Sequence record: SRR33789315_68
DNA: 62,205 nt
Strand: one strand, 5' to 3'
Shown: positions 30,067 through 39,895 of the stretch, one piece after another
Position numbering within the stretch: position 1 is the stretch's first letter
Layout: each line of letters begins with the position of its first letter
Notes under the pieces: model-generated
Databases searched by the model: none
Told to the model about the DNA's origin: nothing
What the model saw: only the letters and a program-made list of their open reading frames with translations
Program-made: the position numbers and the translations under genes

Positions 30067-32379
30067 TTAAAAACGATAGGTAGCTTTGATACCAAAAGTA
30101 CGAGGGGCCTTTAACGCACTATAAACCGCGCCACTGCCTGGCCGCGACATAGCAGCAGATAACACGGTTTCGTCAGTCACATTATTTACATATAAGGTAG
30201 TTGACCATCCCCCACTCGTGTCTAATGTTAAGGCTAAATCTAAAGTACCTGCTGCATCTTGTTGTTGTGCATCTTGATAACCAATATCCACATATCGACT
30301 AGTTTCGTAGTGATACCATGCAGCGGCAACAAGGTAGGAACCGCTATCAAGTTCGAGGGTATGTTCATAACCCAAGTTAAGTGTCCATTCAGGGCTATTT
30401 AATGCTGTTTTACCCGAACAGTCTACGGTAAGACTAACACCATCGTCAGACGCTGTAGTGTCACAACTAGTCACTGTGGTATCAGCGCCCGCGCCATCAT
30501 AAACAAATTCATCATAAGTGGCATCAAGGTACTGGATATTGGCTTTTAATAAACCATCGTCAAATACAATATATTGTAAGTCTAACTCAAGGCCTTGCAT
30601 GGTCGCAGCACCGGCATTGCGGGTTAATGAGCCAAAGTTTCCAGAAGGTAAATAACCTAAATAGCTAATTTGTTGATCGGTATAATCCCAATAGAAAATC
30701 TCGGCATTTAACTGCAACTGGTTATCTAAAAAGCGATTTTTACTGCCTATAACATAAGAGGTAATTTCTTCGGGTTCAAAGGTATTTTCATCTACATCAG
30801 CAAAAAAGCCGCCGGATTTAAAACCAGTGGTGATGTTAGCGTAGAGTAAAGACTCTTCAGCCGCATCGTACTCAATGCCAATGCGATAAGAACTATTATC
30901 AAAACTACGTTTACCCTGCGCCTGAATATTGTCGGGTACATTATTTAAATCATATAAATCATAGTTATCTAAGGTTAAGCCGGCTTGGCGAACCTCCATC
31001 GATTTGTCTTCTTGAGTAAAACGTAAGCCCGCGGTTAATCTTAAAGATTCACTTAAGTCATAGGTTACTTGCCCAAACACCGCTTGACTGTCAGTACTGA
31101 GATCCGCATAAACATACTCACCGGCAGGTCCCCACGCTGCTGCCGCAAATGAAAACGGTTCTGCCCAACTGGACGCGTTTTGCTCTTCATTGAAGTAGTA
31201 CGCACCCACAACATAACGTAAGGATTGCTCATCTCGGGATGTGAAGCGCATTTCTAGCGCAGTTTGATTGGTATCTTCTTGGTTAATAACCGGAAACCCT
31301 GGCAAATAAAACGTTGTATCAGGTTTAGTGACGCGATAAGAAGGAATAACTGTTAAAGTACCGGCCTCAAATGAAGTATTAATTGTTGCGCTAACGCCCC
31401 AAAAATCACTATCTTGGTAACCTTTGTAATCGACGCCTTCGTCTGCTGAATAAAAGTTGAAGGTTTCATAGTTTTCATAGGTACTGACAAATTCAGGACG
31501 ACTGGTAAAGAATGCGGTGGGTTGTGACGCTTCGAATGCCGCAATGCTACGCGCATCACTGCCACCAATACGTTTATCTTTATCAGGCGCGCCCTCAGCC
31601 ACTAATACGCTGCCAGGTCCTTTGCCACCGGCATGATAATAATCGGCGCTAAACAAAATATCGGTTGACTCAGTCGGTTGATAATAACCTTGCAAACGTA
31701 ATGCTTTACCATCTTCATCATCGTAGCCATCAGACAAATAACCATCATGTTTAACTATTTGCCCAGAAATACGTAAGGCTGCATTGTCGGCCACATCAAG
31801 ATTAACTGCACCACTGATCAATTTGGATGAATAATTACCGATCCCCACCGTCAGATAACCATCGGTATAACCAATTTGCGGTTTGCGAGTAATGACGTTG
31901 ATAGCACCACCAGTGGCATTTCGACCATATAATGTACCTTGTGGACCTTTTAATACTTCCAGTCTTTCCAAATCATAAAAGGTACCTACAACACTGGCAG
32001 GTCGACCGATGTAAACACCATCAAGGTTAAAAGCTACCGCATTTTCAGCAAACGAATTAGTACCTTGTGTGCCAACTCCGCGAATATAAAAACTATTGCC
32101 TGAACCACCGGTTTTATTAATTTGTAGTGCGGGCACCAATTGCGATAGTTGGTCGGGTTGAGTTATGTTGCTACGTGACAGTTGTTCAGTAGACACTGCA
32201 GAGACGGCAAGCGCGGTTTTTTGTACGTTTTCTGTGCGACGTTGAGAGGTCACTTCGATAATCTCAAGTCCACCCGCCGACACATCGGCATCGCTAGGAT
32301 TAGTTTGTGCCATTGCATAGGGAAGATTGTAACAACAGATGGCCGTAGCCACTGCACAGTAAGTTAATTTTGTTTTCAC
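30067..32379 (-). CDS. TonB-dependent receptor 5 (close paralogue of receptor 3)
   Basis: GTG start (VKTKLTYCAV) with GAGG RBS; long identical blocks shared with 17643-19967. Confidence 0.93.
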   Translation of the reverse strand: MKTKLTYCAVATAICCYNLPYAMAQTNPSDADVSAGGLEIIEVTSQRRTENVQKTALAVSAVSTEQLSRSNITQPDQLSQLVPALQINKTGGSGNSFYIRGVGTQGTNSFAENAVAFNLDGVYIGRPASVVGTFYDLERLEVLKGPQGTLYGRNATGGAINVITRKPQIGYTDGYLTVGIGNYSSKLISGAVNLDVADNAALRISGQIVKHDGYLSDGYDDEDGKALRLQGYYQPTESTDILFSADYYHAGGKGPGSVLVAEGAPDKDKRIGGSDARSIAAFEASQPTAFFTSRPEFVSTYENYETFNFYSADEGVDYKGYQDSDFWGVSATINTSFEAGTLTVIPSYRVTKPDTTFYLPGFPVINQEDTNQTALEMRFTSRDEQSLRYVVGAYYFNEEQNASSWAEPFSFAAAAWGPAGEYVYADLSTDSQAVFGQVTYDLSESLRLTAGLRFTQEDKSMEVRQAGLTLDNYDLYDLNNVPDNIQAQGKRSFDNSSYRIGIEYDAAEESLLYANITTGFKSGGFFADVDENTFEPEEITSYVIGSKNRFLDNQLQLNAEIFYWDYTDQQISYLGYLPSGNFGSLTRNAGAATMQGLELDLQYIVFDDGLLKANIQYLDATYDEFVYDGAGADTTVTSCDTTASDDGVSLTVDCSGKTALNSPEWTLNLGYEHTLELDSGSYLVAAAWYHYETSRYVDIGYQDAQQQDAAGTLDLALTLDTSGGWSTTLYVNNVTDETVLSAAMSRPGSGAVYSALKAPRTFGIKATYRF

Positions 32380-32610
32380 GTCAGATCCTCTGAGTCCTAA
32401 AGTAACATTGCATACTGTAATGGCATGTTCACCAACTGGATTTCGATTAAACAGTACCACAACAAATTTGTTGCCTTGGTTAGCTGATATCGATACACCA
32501 ACAGCCTCACACCTTTACCTTTTAATTTTTATTGTTGCTAGACCAACAGAATGTTTACACCCTAGCTACATATCATGAGCAATATAAACAGAGGCCTTAA
32601 TCAAACTGAA

Positions 32611-32647
32611 ATCGATATTATGAATAGGCGGAATTTGTAAATCAAAT
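32611..32647 (-). promoter_or_regulatory. Nod-box-like LysR site upstream of TBDR5
   Basis: Minus strand ATT-N9-AAT-N7-ATT-N9-GAT. Confidence 0.5.
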
Positions 32648-32789
32648 GTTAACCTACATTTGCTTTTTGCTGACCGATAACAACAAACATAAAAATGAGT
32701 GAGCTCCCCATTTTTATTAGTGGTAACAACAAAATTAAAACAGTGTAATGGGACTGTGTCAGAACACTAACGTGCAAGGAATGAGGGTG

Positions 32790-32815
32790 AAAAAAAAGCC
32801 TGCATGAGCAGGCTA
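32790..32815 (-). terminator. Terminator after the cupin gene
   Basis: aaaaaaaagcctgcatgagcaggct: hairpin plus U-tract on the minus strand. Confidence 0.65.
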
Positions 32816-32820
32816 AACAG

Positions 32821-33309
32821 CTAGTGTGGTTTCAGCTCATCTAAAGGCAAGCCTTCGTGTAAATAGGCCGGAGCCTCTATCAAAATAAATACAATACGGC
32901 AGGTTTGGGTTTGACTTGGATTGCGCCACAGGTGAATGGTGCCACGCTGGACAATTACGGAACCAGCCCCTAAGCGTTTAGTTACTCCATTGTCTAACTC
33001 TAGTTCAATTTCGCCTTCAATGACCACACCATAATCAATACTGTTGGTACGATGCATCGGGGATTGTTGACCTGGAAACATATCGCAAATTCGGATCACG
33101 GAACCACCATTCAAGGTTGTGCCAGCTGGACGCAACATGCCATCAGTTTCATCATTTAGATCGGCCGGCACCGTTGCTGTCGTCCACAATGTGACCATGG
33201 CGGCGTCGCCACTTGGTACTGGTTTAACCGCAAATTTTTCATCACTGCGAAAAACGGCGGTTCCGTCACTATCATGGCCTGTGACAACGCGGCGTATATC
33301 TTTGCTCAT
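32821..33309 (-). CDS. Cupin domain protein (FdeH-like)
   Basis: IRRVVTGHD..G; SPMHRTNSIDYGVVIEGEIELELD; VQRGTIHLWRN. Confidence 0.9.
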   Translation of the reverse strand: MSKDIRRVVTGHDSDGTAVFRSDEKFAVKPVPSGDAAMVTLWTTATVPADLNDETDGMLRPAGTTLNGGSVIRICDMFPGQQSPMHRTNSIDYGVVIEGEIELELDNGVTKRLGAGSVIVQRGTIHLWRNPSQTQTCRIVFILIEAPAYLHEGLPLDELKPH

Positions 33310-33388
33310 ATGCTATTCCTGCTGCTTGATTGACAATATTAAAAACTACTTAATCGCCAATCCTAATTGGGTTTAAAACATAAGTAAT

Positions 33389-33425
33389 ATCGGTTCTATC
33401 GATAATGACAATTTGTATTTTCTAT
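33389..33425. promoter_or_regulatory. Nod-box-like LysR site between the divergent cupin and lysR genes
   Basis: ATC-ggttctatc-GAT-N7-ATT-N9-TAT. Confidence 0.55.
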
Positions 33426-33688
33426 AGGCGGTCGAGGAAGGTGAAGGAAACAGCCATAAATAAAACTTACATATAATTTACATTCACTAAAAATAGTATG
33501 TAAATCAAGGTTTAAAATACGCTATTTTCTTTTAGAGTATATATAAAACAAGCGCTTCAAGGGGAGGGCGTTTTATCAGTGCGTTATTTTTTTATTGCGA
33601 GAGCGAGCTTGAATTAAAAAGGTGAATTGAAGTCCACCTCGACAAATGTTAATTGTAATTAACCCTGATGAAACAAATTATTAAAGTT

Positions 33689-34594
33689 ATGCATTTAAAC
33701 AGATTAGATTTAAATCTATTAGTTGTACTGGATGCTTTGTTATATGAAAAAAGCGTGACACGTGCGGCTCAACAAATCCATTTAAGTCAACCGGCCACTA
33801 GTGGCGCCTTGTCTCGTTTGCGAGAATATTTTAACGACGAACTATTAGTGAGAGTCGGCTCGAAGATGGCCTTAACACCACTCGGAGAAAGTCTCGCTAC
33901 CCCTGTCAACAATATACTATTGCAAATACAAGCCACCGTTGAGAAACGCCCTGAGTTTGACGCTTTAGTCTCTGACCGTACCTTTAAGTTTGTCTTGTCT
34001 GATTACACGAATGCGATTTTTGTGCCTAAATTATTGCAGCGTGCAGCGGAACTGGCACCCAATATCAGATTTGAATTTACTCAACTGTATGACTCACCTC
34101 AGGATGATCTCGAAAAAGGTAAAATTGACTTCTTATTGTTACCGCTGCATTCGTTAGCAAATAATCATCCTAGCTGCATTTTATTTGAAGAAAGTTATGT
34201 ATGTGTGGGTGATAAAAACAACCCTGCCATGCAAACAACATTAAGTGAAGATGCATTTTTATCCTTAGGACATGTAGCGGTGCATTTTGGCGCGCAAAGG
34301 TTGCCTAGCTTGATTGAAAACGTGTTGCAGGAGCATAAATTGAATGCGCGTATAGAGGTGATCACAACCTCTTTTAGTTCCGTACCTCAAGTTATTGTTG
34401 GTACCAACCGAATAGGCATCATGCACAAGCGGTTGGCGCAAAAGTGGGCCGGATTTTTGCCTCTTGCTATCGCCCCTGTGCCAATTGATTTACCCGCAAT
34501 GGAATGGGGCCTACAGTGGCATCAATACCGCAATCACGATCCGGGTACTAAGTGGCTAAAACAGTTAGTGATTGATACGGCCAAACAGTTATGA
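33689..34594 (+). CDS. LysR-family regulator, NodD/FdeR-like
   Basis: MHLNRLDLNLLVVLDALL...LSQPATSGALSRLREYFNDELLV; C-terminal QWHQYRNHDPG; ORF could start at 33668. Confidence 0.92.
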   Translation: MHLNRLDLNLLVVLDALLYEKSVTRAAQQIHLSQPATSGALSRLREYFNDELLVRVGSKMALTPLGESLATPVNNILLQIQATVEKRPEFDALVSDRTFKFVLSDYTNAIFVPKLLQRAAELAPNIRFEFTQLYDSPQDDLEKGKIDFLLLPLHSLANNHPSCILFEESYVCVGDKNNPAMQTTLSEDAFLSLGHVAVHFGAQRLPSLIENVLQEHKLNARIEVITTSFSSVPQVIVGTNRIGIMHKRLAQKWAGFLPLAIAPVPIDLPAMEWGLQWHQYRNHDPGTKWLKQLVIDTAKQL

Positions 34595-34699
34595 ACTGTT
34601 CGTTATCCTCATAATCACTAAACAACGCATATTTTATTAAATGTAGTTAAGTTCAAATCTATAGGTGTTATTAGAGTGAACTATAGGATCCAAAATATT

Positions 34700-34736
34700 A
34701 TTCAATTTGGTGATGACATCTATCTACATAACCAAT
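34700..34736 (+). promoter_or_regulatory. Nod-box-like LysR site
   Basis: ATT-N9-GAT-N7-ATC-N9-AAT; shares ATAACCAATTTGT with the site at 42378-42414. Confidence 0.6.
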
Positions 34737-34807
34737 TTGTACCCTGATAAAAACATCTTAGAATAAACCGATTATTTTTTATGTTAAGAATATGCAGTGA
34801 GAAGTTA

Positions 34808-34972
34808 ATGGGAAGGTTAGGCGATATTAGGAACGTGGTGACAGGCCACAATGCAGCGGGCAAATCTGGGTTTAAAGACGATCAATCTTTTAGCACCCAA
34901 GAAATACCATCTGGCTATGCTGAGTTTACCGTAATTTCGACTGCACCCTTAATGATAGTAACTTTGGACTAA
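34808..34972 (+). pseudogene. Truncated cupin (N-terminal fragment, paralogue of 32821-33309)
   Basis: DIRNVVTGHNAAGKSGFKDDQSFSTQEIPSG vs DIRRVVTGHDSDGTAVFRSDEKFAVKPVPSG; metal-binding half missing. Confidence 0.7.
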
Positions 34973-34975
34973 ACT

Positions 34976-36829
34976 ATGGCAGATTACGATTTTATTGCGA
35001 TGGGCGCGGGGCACAACTCGTTAACCACATGTTCTTACCTCGCAAAAGCAGGCAAAAAAGTGCTACTACTTGAACGTCAAGGCTATGCGGGCGGCGGGGT
35101 GGCAACACAACAGATATTAACCCCTGGTTACCATCATGACCTGCATTCTAGTGTGCATATCATGATTCAAGCCAATCCAATGATAACCAATGACGAGCTG
35201 AATTTATTTAGCAAATATGGCATGAAATATAAATATTCCGACGTGCCACATGCCACTATATTTGCTGACCAGTCGGTATTGATGACCTATCAAGATCTTG
35301 ATAAGACCTGTGAAGGTATTGCTAAATTTTCAAATAAAGATGCCGAATCATACCGTAAATTTGTGCAACTTGGTCAAACGATGCTGCCTATGATCATGCC
35401 CGGCATGTACAAACCTCAACCGCCTCTTGGCCAGCTCATGGCCATGTTGGATAGTAGCGACGAAGGTCGTGTTATGTTGGATTTTATGCAACGTAGCAGC
35501 ATGGATATTATTAACCATTGGTTTAAGCACGATAAAGTTAAAATGCACATTGCCCGCGCCGTGTCAGAAAACTTGCAACTACCCGATGAGCTTGGTACGG
35601 GCATGGGCACAGTCATGTTTACAGCCCTGATGCACACCTATGGCGTATCTCAACCTTGGGGTGGTTCAGGTAAGTTATCAGAATCCATGGTAAGAGCGAT
35701 TGAAGACACCGGTGGTGAGATCCGTTATAACGCAGAAATTAAACGGATTATCGTATCGGGTGGCAAAGCCGTGGGCGTTGAATTAGTCGACGGTGAAAAA
35801 ATCATGGCGAAAGATGCTGTAATTGGCTCGATGCATCCGCACAAGGTGCGCCAATTTGTTGATGGTGTGGCTGAGCCCGTGCTGCAACGCGCGGAAAGAG
35901 TGTCATTAGCGGCCTTTAGTTTGTTTGTATCACACTATGATTTACATAAACCCATTGAGTTTTATACGCCAGAAAAAGATGTTGAAAAAGCGATAATGTT
36001 GACATTGTGCCAACATGAATCGATGGCAGATATGCAACGTGACTTTGATGCACTCAAACGGGGTGAACTTATCGATAAGATGTTTTCAGCGGGCAATGAC
36101 GAATCAAAAACCGATCCTAGTAGAGTACCAGCAGGTGCGGGTATGTGGCACAGCACAGGCTTCGCCCCTTACGAATTGTTTGAAGGTGGTACTTCTCGTT
36201 GGGATGAATATAAAGAGGAATATGGTGAACTGCGTCGTCAACAACAGTCAAAATTTGTATCTAATTTAACCAGCGATAATATTATTGCGCACAAATTCTA
36301 TTCGCCACTCGATTTAGAACGAAACTCACCCAACTCCATGGTTCGAGGGGATGTACACGGTATAGCTCCCTACTTTTATCAAAGTGTCGGGCATCGTCCA
36401 ACACCTGATTTAGGGCAATATCGTGTTCCAGGGATAGAGGGGCTCTATTTAGTGGGGCCTTCAATGCCACCTGCAGGTGGTGTGGTGGGAGCAGGTCGTG
36501 CCGCAGCTATCAACATATTTGAAGACATGGGCATGGACTTTGATGCCATATTCCAAACCGGTGAAGGCAAAAAAATAACCCGCGTTAAGTCCCGCAGCCA
36601 AGCGCCCAAAGACGGTGCCATGCGTTTATTTGATGAGAATGATGAAGAGTTGATGCAAGTAAGTACCATCGACACGACTGAAGACGAAATAGTCATTAAA
36701 GGCAAAACGTTTGGCACGATGCCTCTTGTGGCCCGATTAGGTCCCGGCGATTTACGGCGCGCAATGAAGTTAACACTGACACCGAAAAAAGTAGCCTCGA
36801 TCATTGGTATGCTGTTCAAAAAAGATTAA
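34976..36829 (+). CDS. Phytoene-desaturase-like FAD-dependent oxidoreductase with a C-terminal extension
   Basis: GAGHNSL..YLAKAG..VLLLER..GGG; SPLDLER; GLYLVGPSMPPAGGVVGAGRAAA; extra ~70-90 aa tail. Confidence 0.88.
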   Translation: MADYDFIAMGAGHNSLTTCSYLAKAGKKVLLLERQGYAGGGVATQQILTPGYHHDLHSSVHIMIQANPMITNDELNLFSKYGMKYKYSDVPHATIFADQSVLMTYQDLDKTCEGIAKFSNKDAESYRKFVQLGQTMLPMIMPGMYKPQPPLGQLMAMLDSSDEGRVMLDFMQRSSMDIINHWFKHDKVKMHIARAVSENLQLPDELGTGMGTVMFTALMHTYGVSQPWGGSGKLSESMVRAIEDTGGEIRYNAEIKRIIVSGGKAVGVELVDGEKIMAKDAVIGSMHPHKVRQFVDGVAEPVLQRAERVSLAAFSLFVSHYDLHKPIEFYTPEKDVEKAIMLTLCQHESMADMQRDFDALKRGELIDKMFSAGNDESKTDPSRVPAGAGMWHSTGFAPYELFEGGTSRWDEYKEEYGELRRQQQSKFVSNLTSDNIIAHKFYSPLDLERNSPNSMVRGDVHGIAPYFYQSVGHRPTPDLGQYRVPGIEGLYLVGPSMPPAGGVVGAGRAAAINIFEDMGMDFDAIFQTGEGKKITRVKSRSQAPKDGAMRLFDENDEELMQVSTIDTTEDEIVIKGKTFGTMPLVARLGPGDLRRAMKLTLTPKKVASIIGMLFKKD

Positions 36830-36943
36830 GGAGTAAGGCTCACTGCTCACTCTAGCTAGCTGACCTAAAAGCTAAAAGACGACGCCCTATGTTAATCCAA
36901 GTTAGTAAGTAATCATTTAGTAAAATTTTCTAATTTGGATTAG

Positions 36944-36981
36944 CTAGAATAATGGCATCAATATAGATGCCATTATTCTAG
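36944..36981. terminator. 16-bp perfect hairpin
   Basis: ctagaataatggcatc-aatata-gatgccattattctag. Confidence 0.5.
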
Positions 36982-37050
36982 GTGCTGCGTGGATCAGTTA
37001 ATTGATTATCATGACCACACATCTTCATTAACTATCCGCTAAAGAGCATT

Positions 37051-37087
37051 ATAGTTTTTAAAGATAAGCGCCATTTAAATGAACTAT
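37051..37087 (+). promoter_or_regulatory. Nod-box-like LysR site upstream of the SDR pair
   Basis: ATA-N9-GAT-N7-ATT-N9-TAT. Confidence 0.45.
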
Positions 37088-37192
37088 TTTGCTTTTCTTT
37101 TACGGCCTTCCATAATTGTTAATTAAATGTAAGTTGAATTAAATTAAATTTACACCTGTCTTTTGTAAGAAACTAGGGGATAGTTTAAGTTC

Positions 37193-37987
37193 ATGCAAAA
37201 AAAATCAAATTTTAATCAGCAAAAAGATGAGCGGCTTGTCGGTAAGGTCGCCTTGGTTACTGGGGCTGGAAGCGGCATAGGTAAGGGCTGCGCTCTAATG
37301 TTTGCCCGTCAGGGAGCAACTGTGATTGCCACAGATATAAATCAAAAATCCTTGCTGCAAACTCAAATTGAAGCCGAAAATGAAGGCCTTAAAATTCATG
37401 TCATAGGGCCCGTGGATTTAGTAAATGAAAACGACGTCAATAGCATGATAATTAGCTTAATTAATCAACATGAAAAGTTGCATATTTTGGTAAATGCAGC
37501 GGCCACGGCCGTATTTAAATGGATAGAAGATTTAAGTTATGCTGATTGGCAACTGACTTTACGGGCCGAAATAGACAGCGTGTTTTTAGTCTGCAAGGCC
37601 GCTTGGCCTTATCTTAAGCAAAGCGGTAGTGGCTCAATTATTAATTTTGCCTCAGCGAATGCTTATGTTGCTTTAGAAGGTTCACCAGCTTTGGCCCATT
37701 GTGCAGGTAAAGGTGGGGTATTGGCCATGACTCGCCAATTAGCCATGGAAGGAGGCTCCTTTGGTTTACGTGCTAACACCATAGCCCCTGGCATGATAGT
37801 CACCGGAGCTACCAAACCTGTATTAGAGCAACCTGGCTTTATAGACAATGTCATGGCTAAAAATATGCTTAAACGCTTGGGACAACCAGAAGATATTGCA
37901 TGGTGTGCTGTGTATCTTGCATCTGATGAAGCATCATTTGTGACTGGCGCTGACTTTTCGGTCGATGCAGGGGCAATTGCTTGGTAA
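37193..37987 (+). CDS. SDR oxidoreductase with HxxxK in place of YxxxK
   Basis: TGAGSGIG; LAHCAGKGG; RANTIAPG. Confidence 0.9.
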   Translation: MQKKSNFNQQKDERLVGKVALVTGAGSGIGKGCALMFARQGATVIATDINQKSLLQTQIEAENEGLKIHVIGPVDLVNENDVNSMIISLINQHEKLHILVNAAATAVFKWIEDLSYADWQLTLRAEIDSVFLVCKAAWPYLKQSGSGSIINFASANAYVALEGSPALAHCAGKGGVLAMTRQLAMEGGSFGLRANTIAPGMIVTGATKPVLEQPGFIDNVMAKNMLKRLGQPEDIAWCAVYLASDEASFVTGADFSVDAGAIAW

Positions 37988-38044
37988 AGCCGAATACATT
38001 CAAATCCCAGCTTGTTTATATATATATACGTTAAAGGAATCAAC

Positions 38045-38797
38045 ATGACAAAACCAATACAAACACATAGTGGGCGAGTAGCCATCATCACTGGCGCTGC
38101 TGGAGGCCTGGGTAGTCACTTTGCGCCAACATTAGCGGCGGCTGGTTGTGATATAGCTATTGCTGATCTTGCGCCAGCCGACGATGTTGTTGCAGCAGTA
38201 GAAGCCCTAGGCCGCAAAGCTTACAGCGAAATATGCGATTTATCAGATGCCGACCAAGTAGTGAATTTTGCTAAAAACGTATTGGCTAAATTTGGTCGCT
38301 GCGACATTTTAGTGAACAATGCGGCTTATATGCCTTTGATAGCGTTAAACGAATTATCGATCGAACAATTTCGCAAATTTGAAGCCATAAATGTTGAAGC
38401 CTCTCTTTTACTTGCGCAAACATTGAGTCCTAGCATGATAGAAAATGGTTATGGGCGCATTGTGCAAATTACTTCAAGTACTGTTGGTAGCCCAATGCCC
38501 GGATTTTTGTCCTATGTGACCAGTAAAATGGCGGGTATTGGCTTAGTGAGAGCTTTAGCTGCGGAGCTAAGTAATCAGGGTATTATGGTAAATGGTCTAT
38601 CGCCTGGTTTGACTAAAACTGCTGAATCTGAAAAGAATTTACCTGCTGAATTATTTGAAGCTGTTAAAAACAAGCAAATCATAAAACGGACTGAAGTGCC
38701 CCAAGACCTATGTAATGCACTGTTATATTTAACCTCAGAGCAATGCAATTTTGTCACTGGGCAAAATTTGAACTGCGATGGTGGGCATTTGTTTTAA
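38045..38797 (+). CDS. SDR oxidoreductase
   Basis: Start MTKPIQ with AAGGA RBS; TGAAGGLG; NNAA; YVTSK. Confidence 0.9.
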   Translation: MTKPIQTHSGRVAIITGAAGGLGSHFAPTLAAAGCDIAIADLAPADDVVAAVEALGRKAYSEICDLSDADQVVNFAKNVLAKFGRCDILVNNAAYMPLIALNELSIEQFRKFEAINVEASLLLAQTLSPSMIENGYGRIVQITSSTVGSPMPGFLSYVTSKMAGIGLVRALAAELSNQGIMVNGLSPGLTKTAESEKNLPAELFEAVKNKQIIKRTEVPQDLCNALLYLTSEQCNFVTGQNLNCDGGHLF

Positions 38798-38813
38798 TAT
38801 CAAAATCTTAGCT

Positions 38814-38844
38814 AAAAAATGCAACCTTAAGGTTGCTTTTTTTT
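38814..38844. terminator. Bidirectional terminator between convergent genes
   Basis: aaaaaatgcaacc-ttaa-ggttgctttttttt. Confidence 0.65.
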
Positions 38845-38931
38845 GGGGGGGGATTGCTGTGCATTTATAATATCCTTCTGCCCTAATATAATAACGACTT
38901 TTAAGCCTAGAAATATCCGTTGGGTGATGAT

Positions 38932-39726
38932 TTAGTTGCCATCACTAATGGTCGTGCCGCCATCAATAATAATGCTCTACCAGGTAATAAAACCACCCTC
39001 TCTTGATGCCAACATCAATATGACTCCGGCGACTTCTTCTGGCTCTCCTATTCGACGTAAGGGGGTTAAATTTGTGCGTTTTTCTAACAATTCAGCATTA
39101 TTTATCAAGGGGCTGGCAAAACGGGTACGAATCACTCCGGGGGAAATAGCATTTACTTGTATGTTATCAGGCCCCCATTCTGCGGCTAAATTTCTGGCTA
39201 GCTGAGCAACGCCCGCTTTTGTCATGCCATAGAGCCCAAGGCTTTTATTTCCTCGCACGCTGGATAAACTGGCAGTAAAAATAACGACCCCCTCCCTTCT
39301 ACTCGCCATAGCAAGGATAACCAAAGAGCTTAACCAATGTGGACTTTGCAAATTTATCCGATGAGTTCGCTCCTAGGTTTCATCACTTATTTCTGTTAGT
39401 GAACAGGGCGGCGGCGCGCCCCCTGCATTACAGATCAAAATGTCAATTTTACCTAGGTGCCCTAGCGCATCGTGATAAAGTTGTTCAACTTGTGATTTTA
39501 CACCTACATCATAGGTTAATCCGTAGACATCAATACCTAAACTCTTGAGCTCTTGAACTGTGCTTTGAGTCTCATTTTTGTCAATACCGCAAATAATCAC
39601 CTTGGCACCCGCCTGTCCCAACGTTTTGGCCATGGCTAAACCCATGCCCGCCGTAGCGCCAGTTAATAGCGCGCACTTATCCGTTAAGTTAAATAGCTCA
39701 GTCATTGAATAATGTGATGAATTCAT
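38932..39726 (-). pseudogene. SDR pseudogene with two in-frame TAG stops
   Basis: One continuous frame: TGATAGMG...SDET*ERTHRINLQS...YGMTK...FITW*SIIIDGGTTISDGN; stops at 39373-39375 and 38977-38979. Confidence 0.88.
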
Positions 39727-39895
39727 GGTTACTGTTCTTATATTGTAGGAATTGGGGGGAAATTGCCGCTTAGTTTATGAATATTAAAAATCAACAGGTG
39801 TTGTCAGGAAAGCGCGTTGCATCAAGGTCTAAGCACATTGATGCATTGTACAGAGGGTAGGTGAACTGTATCATTCTCAGATACAAATTTATTTA

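Noticed and set aside
34976-36829. Carotenoid biosynthesis (crtI)
   Set aside because: No crtB/crtE/crtY nearby; the context is catabolic.
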